64,000 bases of DNA from NCBI GenBank assembly GCA_038321985.1, contig JBBQFN010000023.1, positions 1 to 64,000 on the forward strand. Reading direction: 5' to 3'. How positions within the stretch are numbered: position 1 is the stretch's first letter; each line of letters opens with the position of its first letter. Position numbers and translations under genes: made by a program. This DNA comes from Cyanophyceae cyanobacterium (GTDB taxonomy: Bacteria; Cyanobacteriota; Cyanobacteriia; Cyanobacteriales; Laspinemataceae). Below are positions 1 to 10,137 of this stretch, piece by piece. Under the pieces are notes generated by a model that had not been told where the DNA came from, ran no database searches, and saw nothing but the letters and a program-made list of their open reading frames with translations.

Positions 1-2580
1 CACAAAACTCTCTTGCAGTTGCACAATTCCCAAGCTGGAATCTGCATCGGGGGTATTTAATTCTACGCTACCGCTAAACTCCGGTCCCAGGTCCGAGGTG
101 GCGGTAATATCGCTACCCAGGGTTTCCCCTGTCCGAAATTCTGTCCCAAAGATGCCCTCGGCATTAATACTAACTCGTCCCCCTCGTCCTGCTAAGGCAT
201 TGGCGGTAATATCACTATTTTCTAGGGCGGTTAAAATTTGGGTATCGATTGTAATGTTTCCGCCATTGGTACTTCCGGCATTCGTGGTAATATTGCCACC
301 CCGACGTAACAGAAGATCGGGCGATCTCAGTTGAATATTACCCCCTGCACCTGAAACAGTGGTGGCATTCAAACTCCCCCCTGTATCTAATCGCACGGCA
401 TCGGCTACAATTTCTAGAATCCCAGCATTCCCCGTCCCAAAACTCCTCACATCCAGGGTTGCTCCATCCCGAACCACCAATTCTCCCGTGGTTACCCGCA
501 AGTTCCCTCCGGCTCCGGTTACTTCCAGCTCTGGAATATCCGCCCGTCCCGAGGAGGAAACTAAGCTACTGGGTAATCCAGTAATCGGCGACTGTCCCGA
601 AATATCAATCCCTTCCGAGGCATTCACCGTCAGGGTTCCACCCTCCCCACTGTTGAATGTACCCGAGGACACGATCGCTCCTTCGCTAATGGTTAATTTG
701 CCCGTGGAAATCGTTAAATTCCCCGCCGGATTCTCACTAAATGTCGTCGTTCCCGGACCACTGGTGACGCGCCCATCGGGAGACACTCCTGAAATCTCTA
801 TCGACTCACTTGCTTCAATGTCGATATTCCCTCCCACTCCCCCAGATGTCACCAAGCCAGTGCTAATATTCCCCCCACCACTATTGGTAGAAATCAATGC
901 ACCCCCGCGATTAATTAATCGCGTGGTTTTAATCGTCACGTCACCCCCGGTCCCCGTCCCAAATAGGGTGTTATTTAAAATTCCCGTCGGTAGCACATTT
1001 CCCGGTACGGTTCCGCTGATTTCCACTACCTCTGATGCATTGACGATAATATTCCCACCGGGACCATTGCCCAGGGTGCCACTGGAAATTACGGTGCCAT
1101 CGGAAATTAGCAGGTTGCGAGTTTCAATGGTAACATCCCCGGCAGAAGCGGCACTCCCAAAGGCGGTATTGGATAACACCCCTGCGGCGATCGCTTCTAT
1201 CTTATTTCCCGCCCTCATCAGGAGGTTCCCCCCGGCTGCATCCCCAAAGGTCGGACTATATATTAACGCACCATTATACAACCCAATTGTATTCCCCGCT
1301 TCTAAGCTCATATTCCCCGTAGGTGCTTCTCCCACGGTTCCGGTTACTAAACCCCCGATGCGATCTTCCGGTTGCAATTGTCCGGTTAATGCCCCCCCAA
1401 TTAATAACTCTAAGGGCTGAAATCCGACCCCAATCACGGTAATGGAATCAGCGGCGCGAACCGTCAGATTTCCCCCGGCCCCCCGTCCAAAGCTGCTGGC
1501 AGAGACGAATCCAGTCCCTTGGACTAAAAATTGTCCGGTTTCGATAGTCAAATCTCCCCCGGTCCCCACTCCCCTTGTATCACTCACGACTGTGGTAAAA
1601 TTAGCAGGGTCAGCCCCTGTAACAGCGACTAATTCTGTTGCTTTTATATTTACGGGACCTCCCGGGAGAGATCCAACATTGACGGCCAAAACCTGAGACC
1701 CTTCCCCGAGAGCGATCCGCCGTCCTTGCAGATGAATCGTTCCACCCCCGTCTCCAGTGGTATTAATCCCACTCTGTTGAGTCAGTTGAATATCTTGAAA
1801 GCTCTCGACGCTTTCATATCCCGCCATCATACCCCGGTCTGTCGGGCTCAGACTAATCCGGCTATTGCCTCCGATACTGCCTATCTCAATCCGTCCTCCG
1901 GGCGATCGCACTTGTCCTCCATCTAAAAGTACGTTTCCCCCCCATAGTCCCAAGGTTTGCCCCGGAAACACTTGCAATCCCACGGGTTCCCCGGTACTCT
2001 CTATCCTCTGGGACTGAACTATAATATTGCCCGGATTTGACCCAAATTGTAATCCTACCGGCACGTTTACGCTCAGCAACGGGGGTGCTTCTGGGTTGAG
2101 CGCACTATATAGATTCCCATCTGCCAGGACTATACTCGTGGCGGTACTGGCAAAAAATGAACCCCCGATATTTAATTGAGCATTGGGACCGAATACAATT
2201 CCGTTGGGATTGAGTAAATAGAGATTTGCACTACCATTGGCACGGATAATTCCATCAATTGTAGAACTGTTTGCTCCCGTAATCCGGCTGAGGATATTTA
2301 CTACGGTCAAGGAATTATCAAAAAAGGCGGTATTCCCCGTCAGCAGAGAAAATTCCTGGAAGCTGTGAAATAGACTTCCTCCTATTTGTGTGCCTCCGGT
2401 GATACTTTGAATTGTGCCATCGGTTGTCACTACGCTCGGACTCGCAAGGGTGGCATCTGGAAAGATTTGGGCTTGGGCTGGACTGTTAAGGTGATATAAA
2501 AAACTCCCCAGGGCGATCGCTACAGAAACAGTCCACCAATTTCGCCGATTTATGCAGGCTTTTGCCCTATAAATAGCCAA
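1..2580 (-). CDS. Filamentous haemagglutinin N-terminal domain (two-partner-secretion TpsA-like) exoprotein, 3'-partial (runs off the left edge)
   Basis: Not in the ORF track. Manual translation from TTG at 2580 gives MAIYRAKACINRRNWWTVSVAIALGSFLYHLNSPAQAQIFPDATL...GGSLFHSFQEFS...NLYLLNPNGIVFGPNAQLNIGGSFFAST. This is a signal peptide plus a haemagglutination-activity domain, followed by Gly/Asn-rich GGNI repeats. The same frame is open in the segments checked (1681-1980 and the left edge, ...FSGSVELNTPDADSSLGIVQLQESFV). Confidence 0.9.
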   Translation of the reverse strand, partial: MAIYRAKACINRRNWWTVSVAIALGSFLYHLNSPAQAQIFPDATLASPSVVTTDGTIQSITGGTQIGGSLFHSFQEFSLLTGNTAFFDNSLTVVNILSRITGANSSTIDGIIRANGSANLYLLNPNGIVFGPNAQLNIGGSFFASTATSIVLADGNLYSALNPEAPPLLSVNVPVGLQFGSNPGNIIVQSQRIESTGEPVGLQVFPGQTLGLWGGNVLLDGGQVRSPGGRIEIGSIGGNSRISLSPTDRGMMAGYESVESFQDIQLTQQSGINTTGDGGGTIHLQGRRIALGEGSQVLAVNVGSLPGGPVNIKATELVAVTGADPANFTTVVSDTRGVGTGGDLTIETGQFLVQGTGFVSASSFGRGAGGNLTVRAADSITVIGVGFQPLELLIGGALTGQLQPEDRIGGLVTGTVGEAPTGNMSLEAGNTIGLYNGALIYSPTFGDAAGGNLLMRAGNKIEAIAAGVLSNTAFGSAASAGDVTIETRNLLISDGTVISSGTLGNGPGGNIIVNASEVVEISGTVPGNVLPTGILNNTLFGTGTGGDVTIKTTRLINRGGALISTNSGGGNISTGLVTSGGVGGNIDIEASESIEISGVSPDGRVTSGPGTTTFSENPAGNLTISTGKLTISEGAIVSSGTFNSGEGGTLTVNASEGIDISGQSPITGLPSSLVSSSGRADIPELEVTGAGGNLRVTTGELVVRDGATLDVRSFGTGNAGILEIVADAVRLDTGGSLNATTVSGAGGNIQLRSPDLLLRRGGNITTNAGSTNGGNITIDTQILTALENSDITANALAGRGGRVSINAEGIFGTEFRTGETLGSDITATSDLGPEFSGSVELNTPDADSSLGIVQLQESFV

Positions 2581-2901
2581 AACCTCCCTAGAATTTACTC
2601 GCTTTAAAAAATAATTCATGTGGCTTAGAACATAGTGTTTGTGTACAATGTAGCACCTTGAATTAGATCGGGGGGACTTTCTCCTTATCTTTTATGCTTA
2701 CGGGCGATCGCCCCCACGACTCTTCACCCTAGGCTGATCTGCCGTACCCCACTCACGCCGGATCGAGCTTTTCCAAGGCCCCGCTTCTGGACCCAACCAA
2801 TCTGCCTGATTTGCACTATCGTAGGAGTTAGAGTGACCCATCGGGCGGCTTGCTGCCGTGGGTTCTCTGTTTTTTGTCCAATTCTTTAGGAGTCAAAATT
2901 A

Positions 2902-3432
2902 ATGGGACTGTTTGACCAAATTATCAATGCAATTGATAATCCCAGCCAACAAGCTAATACCAATCAAATTGGCGGCATTATCAATACCGTACAACAACTG
3001 AGTCAGACTTATCATACCGACCCGGGAACGACTCAATCTATCCTATCGATTGTTAGCCATTTTGTCCGCTCTTCTTTACAAGAAAAACGGGCAGCTGGTG
3101 GTAATGATTTAGCTCAATCTTTAGTGAGCCAATTTAGTGGGACTACCCCCAATGCTGCGGCGATCGCTGCCTTGTTTTCTATCCCTCAACTCAATGAAAT
3201 GATTTCTGCGATCGCCTCTCGCACTGGATTAAACCCGCAACAAATTCAATCGATGCTGCCACTTTTAATCCCGGTGGTTCTCCAGTTGTTACAAACTGGA
3301 GCCAGCTCTCAAAATCCCCAGACGGGTTCTAATCCAGTTCTCAATCAATTTTTAGATTCTAACAATGATGGTGATGTCAATATCGCTGATGCCATCCAAT
3401 TAGCCAGTCACTTTTTAAGCTCTCGTCAATAA
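2902..3432 (+). CDS. DUF937/YidB-like conserved protein with a C-terminal EF-hand-like DxNxDG motif
   Basis: 176-aa ORF starting MGLFDQII, with an AGGAG RBS upstream and DSNNDGDVNIAD at the C-terminus. Confidence 0.7.
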   Translation: MGLFDQIINAIDNPSQQANTNQIGGIINTVQQLSQTYHTDPGTTQSILSIVSHFVRSSLQEKRAAGGNDLAQSLVSQFSGTTPNAAAIAALFSIPQLNEMISAIASRTGLNPQQIQSMLPLLIPVVLQLLQTGASSQNPQTGSNPVLNQFLDSNNDGDVNIADAIQLASHFLSSRQ

Positions 3433-3610
3433 TAGACCCCTTGTAACACTCTAAAAATCCCCCTTAATAATAAAGGGGGATTAAGGGGATTGATTAGGAA
3501 TTAGGCTAGTTATCTAATCTGTTTTCTAAGAAATTTAGATTTTAATAATATTACCGTTTTGCAAGTGGAAATTTTGGCGACTTTTTTTTAAGGGGGGGTT
3601 GCTATTTTTC

Positions 3611-3638
3611 TTGACTTTTGTTAAAATTATTTTATAAT
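3611..3638 (+). promoter_or_regulatory. Near-consensus sigma70 promoter TTGACT-N16-TATAAT in a convergent intergenic region
   Basis: ttgact at 3611-3616 and tataat at 3633-3638; no sense gene lies downstream. Confidence 0.35.
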
Positions 3639-3767
3639 GGGAATAGTGACAATTTTAAAATTAAAGTTTATATTCCTATTATAAATAATAGCATAAAAGA
3701 AAAGCCTTTTCTCTAAAAAAAGAAAAAATTGAGCCGGCGACCTCTTTTTATCTCTAATTTTTCCAAA

Positions 3768-6023
3768 TTAAGGGATAATCTGACGCATATAATCCCGCCA
3801 CAGTTGAGCCGCTTGAGCGCTACTGCCGTTGGTTGGAGTATTGTCATCATTCCCTAACCAGACCCCGGTCACTAATTCTTGAGAGGGCATATAACCGACA
3901 AACCAGAGGTCTATATTATCGTTAGTGGTCCCTGTTTTTCCGGCTTCGTCGAACCCGAGGGCCGCATTGCGACCAGTACCGTTATTAATGACACCTTGTA
4001 ATAAAACGGTGAGGGTATCGGAGACTTCAGGAGAGAGAACATCCACATTAGCGGTGCGATCGCTTTGATAATCGTAAATCACCCGGCAGGTACTCACGTC
4101 ATCGAGATCGCTGCAATCACTGCTATCAAAAATCCGCTGAATCGCGTGGGGACGATTAAGAATACCCCGATTGGCGATCGCCCCATAAGCGCCCGTCAAC
4201 TCCAGGACCGTCACCTCACTCTGTCCCAGAACTAACCCCGGAACCGCCTTGAGTTCGGACCGAATCCCGAGACGACGGGCCATTTCCACCACCCGATCCA
4301 ACCCTGCTTCTCGGGCAACCCGCAAGGCGATCGAATTTTCGGATTGTGCCATACCTTGATACATATCCACCCCACCGCTGCTACGTTCGCACCCACTATA
4401 AGATTGGCCGGACCAACTTAGGGGTTCACAGGAAAAAGTCTGACCTGGGGATATACCGCGATCAAGGGCCGCACCGTAGGCAAACACTTTAAAGGTTGAA
4501 CCCGGTTGTCGTAACGCTTGGGTTGCCCGATTAAACTGACTCTGACGATAATCTACTCCCCCCGTCAGGGCTAAAATTTCCCCAGTTCGGGAATCAAGGG
4601 TAACGATCGCCCCTTGGGAAAACCCAAATTGAGAACCAGCAGCAGTGACACTATTTTGTAATGCCTTTTCTGACTCCGTTTGAATTCCAGGATTAAGGGA
4701 AGTTTCTACGATAAAATTCCCTTCCCGGGCTAGTTGTTCCCCTAGTAATTGCTCGAGTTCCGTAAAAACGTGACTGTAGAAATAGGGGGCGATCGTACTG
4801 CTGAGAATTTCTACCGCTTTGGGGTTAATTTCAATGCGCGATCGCCTTGCGCGATCGGCCTCTTCCTGAGACACCAGCCCCAATCGCCGCATCCGATAGA
4901 TGACGCCATCGCGGTACTTCACGGCTAATTCATAATTTTGCACCGGATTAAAGGCATTCGGCGCAGGCAAAATCCCCACCAGGGTAGCTGCTTCCGATAA
5001 AGTCAAATCTGCCGAGGATTTGGCAAAATAAAATCGGGCTGCATCGTCAAACCCATAGAGGTCAATACCTAAATAAACTCGATTTAAATAGGTTAAGAGC
5101 AGCTCATCTTTGCTGTAGAACGTTTCTAATTTTAAGGCAACGATCGCCTCGCGGATCTTGCGTCCCGCAGAGTCTTCCGTTCCAACATAATCCCGAAATA
5201 AACTACGGGCCAGTTGTTGAGTGAGGGTGCTGCCCCCTTGGAGACTGCCACCGCGTAAATTCACGCTCAATGCCCGGAGAGTGCCAATCGGATCAACCCC
5301 AAAATGCCAATAGTAGCGAGTATCTTCCGAGGCGACTAGGGCATCAGACAAGTATGGAGAAAATTCCGATAAGCGCTTGAGTTCCTGGTGAGAGTTATTA
5401 AAGGGAGGACGTAAAGGAGTGGCTCCATCCCGAGCATAGACTACTACGGGACCTTGGGTAGAAATTGGGAAAGGGCGCACTTGAAACTTTTGCGATTCCA
5501 CCCCCACAAATACCGCAACCAAACCCGCCACCCCACTGCTGGTATAGAAAGTCCATCGTGTAGCGCGGACATACCAGGGGGGCGGATCGATATATTGGAC
5601 CTGAACGCAATCGGCGAGTTCTGGAGGTCCCAGAGTAAACGTTTGACGGTGACGCACGGGAGTTGCGGTGACGCGACGCTTGCCGCGATAGATGCCGTTT
5701 GTGGAGTTTTCGTCTTTGAGATAGAAGGGAGTATTGCGACGATTGGTATCCCGGGATAGGGAGGCATGAATCTGACTGACGACGGGATTGCGGACCACGA
5801 TATCGCTGGTTTTGGACGAGCGCCCAATGATATAGCGATCGCCTAACAACGGATAGACTTCCGGTTTCGGTGTCCCCGCATCTTGAACCCAAAGTTCTGG
5901 CACCCGAGCATTCGGTTTGAGTGCCAGTCGAGAAAAATTAACCTTTGCCAAAACCGTCTGGGTGACTTGGGTAATCGTACCCAGGAGAGTTTTGGGTTGT
6001 TGGGGGGGCTGCGGTGGACTCAT
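3768..6023 (-). CDS. Class A penicillin-binding protein (transglycosylase/transpeptidase) with N-terminal FHA domain
   Basis: FHA motifs IGR..SQIH..NSTNG, one TM helix, GT51 motifs EDTRYYWHFGVD and GGSTLTQQLAR, and transpeptidase motifs STFK, SEN and KTG. Confidence 0.92.
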   Translation of the reverse strand: MSPPQPPQQPKTLLGTITQVTQTVLAKVNFSRLALKPNARVPELWVQDAGTPKPEVYPLLGDRYIIGRSSKTSDIVVRNPVVSQIHASLSRDTNRRNTPFYLKDENSTNGIYRGKRRVTATPVRHRQTFTLGPPELADCVQVQYIDPPPWYVRATRWTFYTSSGVAGLVAVFVGVESQKFQVRPFPISTQGPVVVYARDGATPLRPPFNNSHQELKRLSEFSPYLSDALVASEDTRYYWHFGVDPIGTLRALSVNLRGGSLQGGSTLTQQLARSLFRDYVGTEDSAGRKIREAIVALKLETFYSKDELLLTYLNRVYLGIDLYGFDDAARFYFAKSSADLTLSEAATLVGILPAPNAFNPVQNYELAVKYRDGVIYRMRRLGLVSQEEADRARRSRIEINPKAVEILSSTIAPYFYSHVFTELEQLLGEQLAREGNFIVETSLNPGIQTESEKALQNSVTAAGSQFGFSQGAIVTLDSRTGEILALTGGVDYRQSQFNRATQALRQPGSTFKVFAYGAALDRGISPGQTFSCEPLSWSGQSYSGCERSSGGVDMYQGMAQSENSIALRVAREAGLDRVVEMARRLGIRSELKAVPGLVLGQSEVTVLELTGAYGAIANRGILNRPHAIQRIFDSSDCSDLDDVSTCRVIYDYQSDRTANVDVLSPEVSDTLTVLLQGVINNGTGRNAALGFDEAGKTGTTNDNIDLWFVGYMPSQELVTGVWLGNDDNTPTNGSSAQAAQLWRDYMRQIIP

Positions 6024-6304
6024 GGGCTATGCTCGTGGGCTTAATCGACAACCAAAGAAATTAGATCGCTCAGAAGTGCGATCACACTGAGGTCTAGGGA
6101 ATGTGGAAGCAACTACAACTCAGGGACCGGCTTTTCCCGAACCTTGGAGGCAACTGACCCCCAGTGTCCGAGTACCACTTTGGACCTTTCTCCCGGAAAA
6201 ATCTTCTGCTTTCTATTTTAGGGTTTAGATTTTCACTTTTTCTATGTCCCTGCGCTCTAGGGAAACCAAAATTCCCTTCTCTGACGCTGTGCTCGGGCTC
6301 TGGA

Positions 6305-6790
6305 TTACGGGGTGGTAGGTCCCTCATTGCTGGGTGGCGAAGGCCGCAAGGCTACAACCAACAGACAAATAATTCCAATATTAATCGAGACATCCGCTAT
6401 ATTAAAAACCGGAAAATTAATCAACCGAAAATCGAGAAAATCAATCACTTCTCCCAGCCTAAAGCGGTCAATTCCATTTCCAAGCGCACCGCCTAAAATC
6501 AATCCAAAGCCGGCCTCTTCCCATCGATTCATCCTCGGGCCAAACCAGGCCAATCCCATTAAACCGAGACTGACGGCCAACGAAAGCCAGCGCAACCACA
6601 CTCCATTATTGCTAAACAAGCTAAAGGCTGCGCCGGTATTAGTCACATAGGTGAAATGAAAGACCCCTTCCCATAAGGGCCAAGATTCTCTAAAATCAAA
6701 ATTTTGCACGACCCAATATTTACTCAGTTGGTCAAAAATTATACTAATAGCACCAGCAATCCAGAATAGCGAGTTTTTTTTGAATTTCAT
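6305..6790 (-). CDS. lspA: Lipoprotein signal peptidase II
   Basis: DQLSK, NTGAAFS, GNGIDR and FPVFNIAD motifs; likely start is MKFKKN at 6790. Confidence 0.95.
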   Translation of the reverse strand: MKFKKNSLFWIAGAISIIFDQLSKYWVVQNFDFRESWPLWEGVFHFTYVTNTGAAFSLFSNNGVWLRWLSLAVSLGLMGLAWFGPRMNRWEEAGFGLILGGALGNGIDRFRLGEVIDFLDFRLINFPVFNIADVSINIGIICLLVVALRPSPPSNEGPTTP

Positions 6791-6865
6791 TACCAACAAT
6801 GGAGAGTCAAAAGGACAAGCGTTACCCATCTTCTGAGTAGTCAGGGACAGCTAACAACTCATCGT

Positions 6866-7444
6866 TCAATAAAACATGAGCCTTCGCAGGATAAACGCTA
6901 GAACGGTGACGGCACAAACTACGGCTAATTGTCCGGGTAAGGGATAAAGGGAGTATTTGAAAACTCCATCAAGCAGGGTTTGAGAAGGAGAGCGCAAAGT
7001 GATCGCAAGATAAACCAGGCCGATCGCATGAACGCTCAGTAAACCGCAGACGCAGCTAAAAGCCAGACTTTCGAGACGGAGGGCCATTTTAAAGGCCAAC
7101 CAACCACAAACCCAGGCCCCGGGGATAAAACCCAGTAAATAGCCAAAAGTCGGCTGCTTGATGTAGTCCAATCCACCGCCTTCGGTAAAAACCGGCAACC
7201 ACATCAATCCGAGGACCACATAAGCAATCTGAGACAAGGCACCGGCATTTTTACCCCCGAGACACCCTACCAGGAGAACGGCTCCAATTTGATAGGTGAC
7301 ACCCAGGGAATGGATGGGAATACCTGCCTGGACTCCATTCCAGGAGGGACTAGCAATTGAGGCTTCTAGAAAAGTGCCACCAATGGTGAGCAACAGGCCA
7401 ATCAAAGCCCACATGAGTTCAAGTGGAGCAGCCACGGTGGTCAT
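6866..7444 (-). CDS. bioY: Biotin transporter BioY
   Basis: Hydrophobic protein with LPVFTEGGG and PTFGYLLGF motifs, next to bioB; probable start is MTTVAAP at 7444. Confidence 0.9.
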   Translation of the reverse strand: MTTVAAPLELMWALIGLLLTIGGTFLEASIASPSWNGVQAGIPIHSLGVTYQIGAVLLVGCLGGKNAGALSQIAYVVLGLMWLPVFTEGGGLDYIKQPTFGYLLGFIPGAWVCGWLAFKMALRLESLAFSCVCGLLSVHAIGLVYLAITLRSPSQTLLDGVFKYSLYPLPGQLAVVCAVTVLAFILRRLMFY

Positions 7445-7606
7445 TGATCCTGGGTCATGGGTCAAGGGAAATAGGCTTACAAGTCTAGGGTTTTTAAAAT
7501 AGCCTTCCCTAGGGGAGGAGACTGGAAATGGCTCCACTCACAATGGGGTCAGGCGGGCAGGAAAAACTTAGACTTGTAAGCACCGTTGAGGGAGTGTGAA
7601 GACAGT

Positions 7607-8719
7607 TTACCCTTTAGCCTTTCCCGGAGGAACAGGGGCTTCATTGCCCTGGAGTCCGAGTTCTTCGAGCATGGCACGGTCTTGGTCTGGAGGTTGACCC
7701 AGGGTGGTCAGGTAGTGACCGATTAACATGGCGTTGATGCCTGCTTTGAGTCCTAAATGTTGAAGTTCGCCCATGACAGATTCTCGCCCTCCAGCATAGC
7801 GAATAATTTGCTGGGGCAGGATTAGGCGAAAAATGGCGATCGCTTTTAAGGCTTCGTAAGGATCAAGTTTGGGAAGATTGCCTAAAGGGGTATCCGACCG
7901 GGGATTGAGCAGGTTGAGAGGAACGGATTCAACTTCCAATTCCCGCGCGGCTAAGGCTAAATCAATCCGGTCTTCCCAGCTTTCTCCCATGCCAATAATC
8001 CCTCCACTACAGGCTTGGATGCCTGCGGCTTTGAGATTTTTGATAGTGGCGACGCGATCGCCCCAAGCATGGGTGGTGACAATTTCGGGGTAAAAGTTTT
8101 CTGATGACTCTAAGTTGTGGTTATAGCGCGTAACTCCTGCTTCAGCTAAGGCTTTAGCTTGTTCTGGTGTTACTTCCCCCAACGCACAGCAGGGTTTGAC
8201 GTTGGTCTCGTCAATAATCCGGCGCACAGTTTCCAGGATGCTTTCAAATTCTCCAGATTTGGGACTGCTATATTTGGGTCCCCTACCTTGAGACACTAAG
8301 CAAAACCGGCTGGCACCAGCGGATTCGGCGGCTTTGGCTTGGTCGAGAATTTCGTCGCTTGATTTGAGACCGTAAATGGGTGAATCGGTGCCGGAGTGAT
8401 GCACGGACTGGGAGCAAAAGCCACAGTTTTCAGAGCAATTGCCGGATTTGACGTTGATGATGCTACATAAATCGACGGTATTACCACAGCAGGCTTGGCG
8501 AACCGCGTTGGCAGCTTCGCACAATAACATGATGTGATCTTGACCTTCAATCTCAGTTAGGGCGATCGCTTCTTCTCGGGTGAGGCGATGCCCTGCAATA
8601 ATGCGATCGGCTAGTTGGTGGAGTGACTCACGTAGGGTTTCGGTTGCCCCTATCACTGAGCTATTCTCGGCAACTTCTGCGGATTGATGGGAAATTTTGG
8701 ATACGGGTGCTTGAACCAC
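7607..8719 (-). CDS. bioB: Biotin synthase (radical SAM)
   Basis: CSENCGFC, YNHNLE, CSGGIIGMGE and RYAGGRE motifs. Confidence 0.96.
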   Translation of the reverse strand: MVQAPVSKISHQSAEVAENSSVIGATETLRESLHQLADRIIAGHRLTREEAIALTEIEGQDHIMLLCEAANAVRQACCGNTVDLCSIINVKSGNCSENCGFCSQSVHHSGTDSPIYGLKSSDEILDQAKAAESAGASRFCLVSQGRGPKYSSPKSGEFESILETVRRIIDETNVKPCCALGEVTPEQAKALAEAGVTRYNHNLESSENFYPEIVTTHAWGDRVATIKNLKAAGIQACSGGIIGMGESWEDRIDLALAARELEVESVPLNLLNPRSDTPLGNLPKLDPYEALKAIAIFRLILPQQIIRYAGGRESVMGELQHLGLKAGINAMLIGHYLTTLGQPPDQDRAMLEELGLQGNEAPVPPGKAKG

Positions 8720-9076
8720 TTTCAGCCCTTCTATGACAGTTCCTGAAGTTCTGGCATTTTACCATTCGGGCTTTACCGTTTTCGAGTGGTTTTTAATAAT
8801 TACCGGTTAAGGTGCTATTTTTAGCAGCGAGGAATGAACGGGTAAGGGGTTAGCCAGAACCCATGACAAATCCGCATTAATTACGGCCTGGGGACAAGCG
8901 GTTTGGAAGAAATAATAATGAAGTACCACCTCACCTCCCTCGGAAAATTTTTAAGGTTTAAGGCTTAACAATTTTAAATGGCGATCGCCTATGGTCCAGT
9001 CGAAGTGAAGGGTATCCTACCCCTGAGATGGGCAGAAGATTGGATGCAAAGGAGACGTCGAAATACCTGGGGTACA

Positions 9077-9247
9077 CTACGCTGATTTTTTAAGCAGGTA
9101 CTTAAACATATTGTCCTTGACCATATTTTGCCGCAGAACTTCGAGTAAATATTCCTGGGCTTGCTCTTGAGTCAGGCCCCTAACTTGTTCTTTCAACAGT
9201 TGCAGTTTAAACTCTTGCTCTAAGCTCAAATTCGTAGGCATATCCAT
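9077..9247 (-). CDS. nblA: Phycobilisome degradation protein NblA (56 aa)
   Basis: Manual translation MDMPTNLSLEQEFKLQLLKEQVRGLTQEQAQEYLLEVLRQNMVKDNMFKYLLKKSA, with the LSLEQEF and MVKDN signatures and an AGGAG RBS. Too short for the ORF track. Confidence 0.93.
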   Translation of the reverse strand: MDMPTNLSLEQEFKLQLLKEQVRGLTQEQAQEYLLEVLRQNMVKDNMFKYLLKKSA

Positions 9248-9476
9248 TGGTTTGCTCCTGGTGGTTTCGTTGGTTATTTTTATTTACTACCGGAATAGAC
9301 GGGTAATCCGTTTGGTTTGGTCCCGCTAATTGTAAAGTATCATTAAGTTTGCTTGACAAACTGTCCAAAACGTACATTTTCCAATTTATTTTTGCGACAA
9401 AAGTTTATCAAAGCCCTGTAAGCCATATTATAAAAGGGAAAAAGCGCCGAAACATCAGCCAACGGAGATAAGCCTA

Positions 9477-10088
9477 ATGGACGCAATGGAGTTTTTTCGC
9501 CGGAGTGTGGGGACCTGGCGATCGCAACGCACGACCCACCACCTTGCTTTCCGACGAGCAGAACTAGGAGATTCAGAAATCCTGGTAGAAACTTTAGACA
9601 AAGATCATCCTCAAGTCGTAGGAATTTGCGAGTTACATCAAATCGATCCAACCCGGGCAGTCGGAGGAGCCTTTGTCTCCTGGGCGGGCTCGATGGAATG
9701 GGACCAGAATGATGAAAATCACTCGGGTTCCACCGTGTTTGCCTTGGTCCCGGAAGAGGATAACCCCAAAGCCGGAAAACTCCTCAGAGAGCGGGGTTAT
9801 GCCGAAATTGTGCCGGTGGCCGGTTTGTATGAAATGGATGAGGAAGAGGGTCTGATTCTAGTGACGGAATATGAAACGATGAGTGTCGTAGAACGGTTCT
9901 GGTTTGCCAGCCCGGATCTACGACTTCGGACGAGTACCGTCACCCGGTTTGGGGGGTTCAGCACAGCTTCATTCTGTAGCGAAAGCCGGATCCCGGTTGA
10001 ATCCACCCCAAGCAGTAGCGATCGCCTCTGTGACTCCGACGAGAATGCCAGAACCACCCCCCAATTTCATTCCGCCTTCGGCTGGTAA
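9477..10088 (+). CDS. cpcS: Phycobiliprotein lyase, CpcS/CpeS family
   Basis: MDAMEFFRRSVGTWRSQRTTHHL, GKLLRERGYAE, ERFWF and ASFCSESR motifs. Confidence 0.92.
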   Translation: MDAMEFFRRSVGTWRSQRTTHHLAFRRAELGDSEILVETLDKDHPQVVGICELHQIDPTRAVGGAFVSWAGSMEWDQNDENHSGSTVFALVPEEDNPKAGKLLRERGYAEIVPVAGLYEMDEEEGLILVTEYETMSVVERFWFASPDLRLRTSTVTRFGGFSTASFCSESRIPVESTPSSSDRLCDSDENARTTPQFHSAFGW

Positions 10089-10137
10089 TCAAAAGGAAGA
10101 CCAAGGGAGTCCCCAAACCTCCCCCATTCCCCCCATC

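Noticed and set aside
98..1926. Plus-strand ORFs 98-334, 359-1420, 1442-1696 and 1726-1926
   Set aside because: Antisense shadows of the Gly-rich haemagglutinin gene on the minus strand.
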